Source of the DNA: Candidatus Hydrogenedentota bacterium
GTDB taxonomy: Bacteria > Hydrogenedentota > Hydrogenedentia > Hydrogenedentales > SLHB01
NCBI GenBank assembly: GCA_963745075.1
Contig: CAVUWV010000019.1
Location: 1 to 64,000 of the forward strand
DNA: 64,000 bases
Direction of reading: 5' to 3'
A model generated the notes under the pieces. It searched no databases and was not told the origin of the DNA. It worked only from the letters and a program-made list of their open reading frames with translations. Made by a program: the position numbers and the translations under genes. Within the stretch, counting starts at the first letter, position 1. Every line of letters starts with the position of its first letter. Below are positions 59,940 through 64,000 of the stretch, in pieces.

Positions 59940-61028
59940 ATGAGTTTTAGCGATATCCGCGATCAGGAGACGGCCGTTCGGTTCTTGCAGAACATCCTGC
60001 GGGAGGAGCGAATCCCCAACGGTCTGCTCTTTTACGGTCCCGGCGGCGTCGGCAAAGGGTTGGCTGCGCTGGAGCTGGCCAAAGCAATTAACTGTACCCA
60101 GCAGAACGGCGACGCATGCGACGCGTGTCTGCCGTGCCGGAAGGTCATGAGCGGCAACCATCCCGACATCCGGCACGTAAGTCCGTCGGAGAAGACCCGT
60201 CTGATTAAGAAAGCCGAAGTTGACGAAATCAACGAGATGGCGGCGCTGCGCCCTTTCGAGTCGGCGTGGCGGATCTTTATCATCCAGGACGCGGATCGCA
60301 TGAACCCCACCGCGCAGAACCACTTTCTCAAGACCCTGGAAGAACCGCCGGGCCGTTCGTTGTTCATTCTATTGAGTGAGTTTCCGCGCGTTTTGCTGCC
60401 CACGATCCGTTCGCGCTGCCAAGCGGTGCGGTTTCGGGCGTTGCGTCAGGAAACCGTGGCGGATCTGTTGCGGCGGGAACGCGACCTTCCGGATGATCTG
60501 GCTGAATCCATCGCGGGAATCGCCGAAGGTCAGATGGCCCGCGCGCTGGATTTGGTGGACTCCGACAAGCGCCAGGTGGTGTTGTCCCTGACGGCACGGC
60601 TGGCGGATGGCGAGGATCCGGTGGTGATGGCGGAGGAGTTCACGAAGTTTCTGGGCGACCAGCGTAAGCAGTTGGAAGCCAGTCTCAAAGCCGACATGGC
60701 GTACGAGTCGGCGGACGAAGTGAGCCGTGCGGACATGGAACGGTTGAAGGACGAGCGGCTCGCGCAACTCACCGCCATGTCCAAACGTGATATGCTTGAA
60801 TACTTGTATCTCTTGGAAACCTGGTATCGCGACGAAATGATCTTTGGCGCGACGCGCGACAAGTCGCGTGTGTGGAACAAGGACCAGATTGAACGGCTGG
60901 AATCCGCGAAGGCCGGAACGTCCGCCGAGAAGCTGCGTGCGATTGAAACGGCCCGGATGTATCTCGACCGCTTCATTAATGAAGAGCGGGTATTTCGGGA
61001 CCTGTTTCTGACGCTTGCCGCGTCGTAG
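59940..61028 (+). CDS. holB: DNA polymerase III subunit delta'
   Basis: LLFYGP.GVGK, C....ACDAC..C...HPD, ADRMN..AQN..LKTLEEPP, LLPTIRSRC. Confidence 0.94.
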   Translation: MSFSDIRDQETAVRFLQNILREERIPNGLLFYGPGGVGKGLAALELAKAINCTQQNGDACDACLPCRKVMSGNHPDIRHVSPSEKTRLIKKAEVDEINEMAALRPFESAWRIFIIQDADRMNPTAQNHFLKTLEEPPGRSLFILLSEFPRVLLPTIRSRCQAVRFRALRQETVADLLRRERDLPDDLAESIAGIAEGQMARALDLVDSDKRQVVLSLTARLADGEDPVVMAEEFTKFLGDQRKQLEASLKADMAYESADEVSRADMERLKDERLAQLTAMSKRDMLEYLYLLETWYRDEMIFGATRDKSRVWNKDQIERLESAKAGTSAEKLRAIETARMYLDRFINEERVFRDLFLTLAAS

Positions 61029-61050
61029 CGCTACCGTTTGGAGCGACTGA

Positions 61051-62100
61051 ATGCAAACTGTAAAGATTCGCCTGCGTAAACCGACGCGGGTGTTTACGTT
61101 TCTCTCCGAAGATATTCCTCTGGGCCGGGACGAAGACTGCATCGTGCGCAGCGACCGCGGGCTCGAGTGGGGTACCTGCGTGGTACCGCCGGAACCGTGT
61201 CCCGAGGACATGAAAAGCCGGTACAAAATGAACGTGGTGCGGAAAGTGACGCACAATGATGAGAGCACGTACCGGCAGATTCAGGAAGAGGAAGCGAAGG
61301 CCAAAGAGTTATGCGCCAAGCGCATTCGGGATCGAAGTCTTCCCATGAAGCTGGTCGACGTCGAATATACCTTCGACAAACACAAGGTCATTTTCTATTT
61401 CACGGCCGCGGACCGGGTGGACTTCCGGCAACTGGTTCGTGACCTGGCGCAGGACCTCAAGACGCGCATCGAGCTGCGTCATATCCAGGTGCGGGACGAA
61501 GCCAAGCTGACCGGCGGTATCGGAATGTGTGGGCGCGAACTCTGTTGTTCGACGTGGCTGCGCGAATTCAAACCCATCTCGATGAAGATGGCCAAACGTC
61601 AGAACCTCTCTTTGAACCCCTCGAAGATCAGCGGGCAATGCGGGCGCCTCCTGTGTTGCCTGAGTTATGAGAACGAGATGTATAAGGAACGGAAACGGTC
61701 CGAGAAGGCGGAGCGCGAATCCCAACCCACGGCCGAGCCCGAGCCGGTCGTTGATCACGTGGACGCGTTCGGCGCCGCGGGCGCCTTTGGCGACTCGGAT
61801 ATCCGGCCCCGTCCTGCCGACTGGCAGGAACGGCTTCACGAGATGAACGGGGATGATGCCGTCGGCATCGCCGACGACGCCACCGACGAGACTGAGGGGC
61901 GTGGTCCGTCCGAACAACGGCGAGGCACCCAACCGCAGGGATCGTCGGCCCGGCCACCACGAAGTCCGTCGGCGACGCAGGGATCCGGCCACTCCCCGGA
62001 CGGGTCCAAACGGAGAGGCCGCCGCCGCCGCAGGCGCCGTCCCGGCCGGCCGGGCGACTCGCAATCGTCGAGTTCCGGAGGCCAAGGTTCCTCGTCCTGA
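61051..62100 (+). CDS. ricT: PSP1 domain protein (RicT/YaaT-like) with long disordered C-terminal tail
   Basis: MKLVDVEY.FD..K..FYFTA..RVDFR.LVRDLA...RIELR.I.VRDEAK..GG.G.CGRELCC, MAK.QNLSLNP.KISG.CGRL.CCL.YE. Confidence 0.9.
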   Translation: MQTVKIRLRKPTRVFTFLSEDIPLGRDEDCIVRSDRGLEWGTCVVPPEPCPEDMKSRYKMNVVRKVTHNDESTYRQIQEEEAKAKELCAKRIRDRSLPMKLVDVEYTFDKHKVIFYFTAADRVDFRQLVRDLAQDLKTRIELRHIQVRDEAKLTGGIGMCGRELCCSTWLREFKPISMKMAKRQNLSLNPSKISGQCGRLLCCLSYENEMYKERKRSEKAERESQPTAEPEPVVDHVDAFGAAGAFGDSDIRPRPADWQERLHEMNGDDAVGIADDATDETEGRGPSEQRRGTQPQGSSARPPRSPSATQGSGHSPDGSKRRGRRRRRRRPGRPGDSQSSSSGGQGSSS

Positions 62101-62877
62101 TGGGTCTCGTCGACACGCATTGCCATTTGCAGTCCGACCGTTTCGATGAGGACCGCGAGGCCGTCCTGGCGCGTGCGCTCGAATCCCTGGATTGGATCGT
62201 GCTCATCGGTGATTCGATTGCGTCCAGCGCGGCAGCGGTGGAACTGCTACGGGAAAACGTCTACGCCGCAGTCGGCATTCATCCCTACCATCCGGAGCAA
62301 GCCGATTCCGCGGGTATCGAACGGCTGCGCACGCTCGCGGCAATATCGGGCGTGGTGGCCATCGGTGAAATCGGGCTGGACTATTTCAAGTACAACGACG
62401 CCCCGCGCGACACTCAACACGCCGCCTTTCACGCGCAACTGGAACTCGCGGCGGAACTACAACTCCCCGTCGTGATTCACAACCGCGACTCCTGTGACGA
62501 TCTCGCTGCAGATCCTGGAGGAGCACCACCGAAGCTTGTGTGGCGGGATCATGCACTGTTTTGCGGGGAACGCGGCATTTCTCGAGCGGTGCTTGTCGTG
62601 GGATTTCCACGTGTCCTTCGCGGGAAACGTGACGTTTCCGAAGGCGCCGGAACTGCGGGACGCCGCACAGGCCGTTCCAATGGAGCGGTTGCTGGTCGAG
62701 ACGGACAGCCCCTACCTCGCGCCGCAACCGGTCCGCGGAAAACGATGCGAACCCGCCTACGTGCGCTACACGGCGGAAACCTTGGCGGAGGTCAAGGGCG
62801 TCGACGTGGACGAACTAATCGAGCAAACGACGGCTAACGCCTGCGCGCTGTTTCGTATTGGCGAAGGATCCGGTTAG
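62100..62877 (+). CDS. tatD: TatD-family nuclease, frameshift at ~62506
   Basis: DTHCHL, GIHP, AIGEIGLDY, PVVIHNR then shifted GIMHCF, LLVETDSPYLAP. Confidence 0.92.
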
Positions 62878-62920
62878 CGATTTGGAGTTTTACGCCCCGT
62901 TGTTGGCTTACCGGACAAAC

Positions 62921-64000
62921 TCAGTCGCCCTGCAACGTCTCGTCGGCGGGCTCGTCTTCAGCCGAATCCTCGGTCGCTTCCGGCAGGGATTTTGTCTCAC
63001 CTTCCTCGTCTAGCGCCAGCGCGGGCAACGGCGGGTGGAGTTTGTGAATGACGTGGCTGAGCGGTTCGTGCATGAGCCGCGATTCCCCGCCGCTGACTTC
63101 CCGTAACAAGGGTTGGAGGAATTCTTCCTCGCGCAGGGCGGACGGTTCGCGTCCGGCTTCGCGCAATGCGGCAATCACGTGGCCGATGGTGATCTTGTCG
63201 ATGGACCGCGCGGGCGCGTACGTGACCGGCTCGGTTACGCAGCGCTGGACGAGGCCCGCTTCATCGAGTTGATCGAGGGTTTCGTTCAGCAGGCGCGTCG
63301 GGACTTTCCATTCTTCCGCCGCTTCCGACGGCGAAAGACCCGGTAGTCCGGCGTCGAACCGATGGGCAAGTTCGACCATAGCACGCAGGGCCAGGGCTTC
63401 GCGGTAGGCCTCGCTGGCGCCCGCTGCGTGGCGTTCCATGGCGAAGGTCTTTTCGTTCTGGTAGGCAAAGGTGAGCTCGGCGCCGAAGAGCAGGATGACC
63501 CAACTGAAATAGATCCAGATGAGCAGGAACGGAAAGAGCGCGAAACTCGAGTAGACCACGCTGTTTCTGGCGAGGCCGTATTGGAGGCCGAAATACCCCA
63601 TCGACAGAAGCAGCCACAGAGTGCCTGCCACAAAGCCGCCGAGAACGGCGTAGCGCCATTTCACTTTGGTATTGGGCACGATGGCATAGAGCGTCGTGAA
63701 GGCGAACCAGATGACCAGGTACTGAATGCCGCGTGCCGCCAAGGCCAGCACGCCAAGCCGATCGGTGACCGTGTCGCTGCCCAGCGCCGCCGTCAACCCG
63801 ATCACGCCCATCACGACGAACGGCAGCAGGATCGTGATCATCATGTAGTCGCTGAACATGCGATACCAGGAGCGTGTCTGCTTGAGTCCCCATATGGAGT
63901 TGAAAGACGATTCGATGTTGCGCATGAGCCCGAACACGGCAGTGAGTATGAAGGCCAATCCGGTCAGTCCGAGCGCGCGGGGATTGGCGCTCTGGCTTGC
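62921..64000 (-). CDS. YihY/BrkB family membrane protein with C-terminal winged-helix extension, 5'-truncated by window edge
   Basis: IE.SFN.IW...R, LY..VPN..V....A..GG, VYSSFA..P..LIWIY.SW.ILLFGAE. Confidence 0.88.
   Translation of the reverse strand, partial: ASQSANPRALGLTGLAFILTAVFGLMRNIESSFNSIWGLKQTRSWYRMFSDYMMITILLPFVVMGVIGLTAALGSDTVTDRLGVLALAARGIQYLVIWFAFTTLYAIVPNTKVKWRYAVLGGFVAGTLWLLLSMGYFGLQYGLARNSVVYSSFALFPFLLIWIYFSWVILLFGAELTFAYQNEKTFAMERHAAGASEAYREALALRAMVELAHRFDAGLPGLSPSEAAEEWKVPTRLLNETLDQLDEAGLVQRCVTEPVTYAPARSIDKITIGHVIAALREAGREPSALREEEFLQPLLREVSGGESRLMHEPLSHVIHKLHPPLPALALDEEGETKSLPEATEDSAEDEPADETLQGD

Noticed and set aside
59638..59943. 101-aa ORF bridging tmk and holB
   Set aside because: Mostly translation of the inverted-repeat element (IPLNPPSKGE / SPIEGGSRG); the overlaps with both neighbours are notable but there is no other coding evidence

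Overview
GC-rich (visually ~60-65%) bacterial chromosomal segment. Gene content (PSD1/planctomycete cytochrome c + DUF1501 pair, Tat-exported Gfo/Idh/MocA paralogs, many large secreted proteins, Firmicute-style tmk-holB-ricT-tatD block) suggests a lineage such as Candidatus Hydrogenedentota; this is inference, not a measured placement. Housekeeping blocks: clpA-aat, aspC, hldE, smg-topA-xerC/hslV, csp, and infC-rpmI-rplT-hisA-tyrA-tmk-holB-ricT-tatD with an L20-leader-type attenuator and an ATC start on infC. Accessory part: secreted carbohydrate-active and unknown proteins, a Ser/Thr kinase-TPR-WD40 protein, apbE plus two Tat oxidoreductases, a class IIC group II intron inserted right behind a terminator, an RcnR-like repressor lacking Cys35 with its operator and an MFS-HD operon, and a decayed vapBC. 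The most striking unexplained feature is an orphan, highly structured ~300-340 nt RNA candidate on the minus strand at ~3745-4085, with its own promoter and terminator, G-U-supported helices and two anti-Shine-Dalgarno CCUCCU tracts. At least six unrelated families of inverted-repeat (REP/MITE-like) elements fill the intergenic spaces. Single-base frameshifts in six otherwise conserved genes point to an indel-prone assembly.
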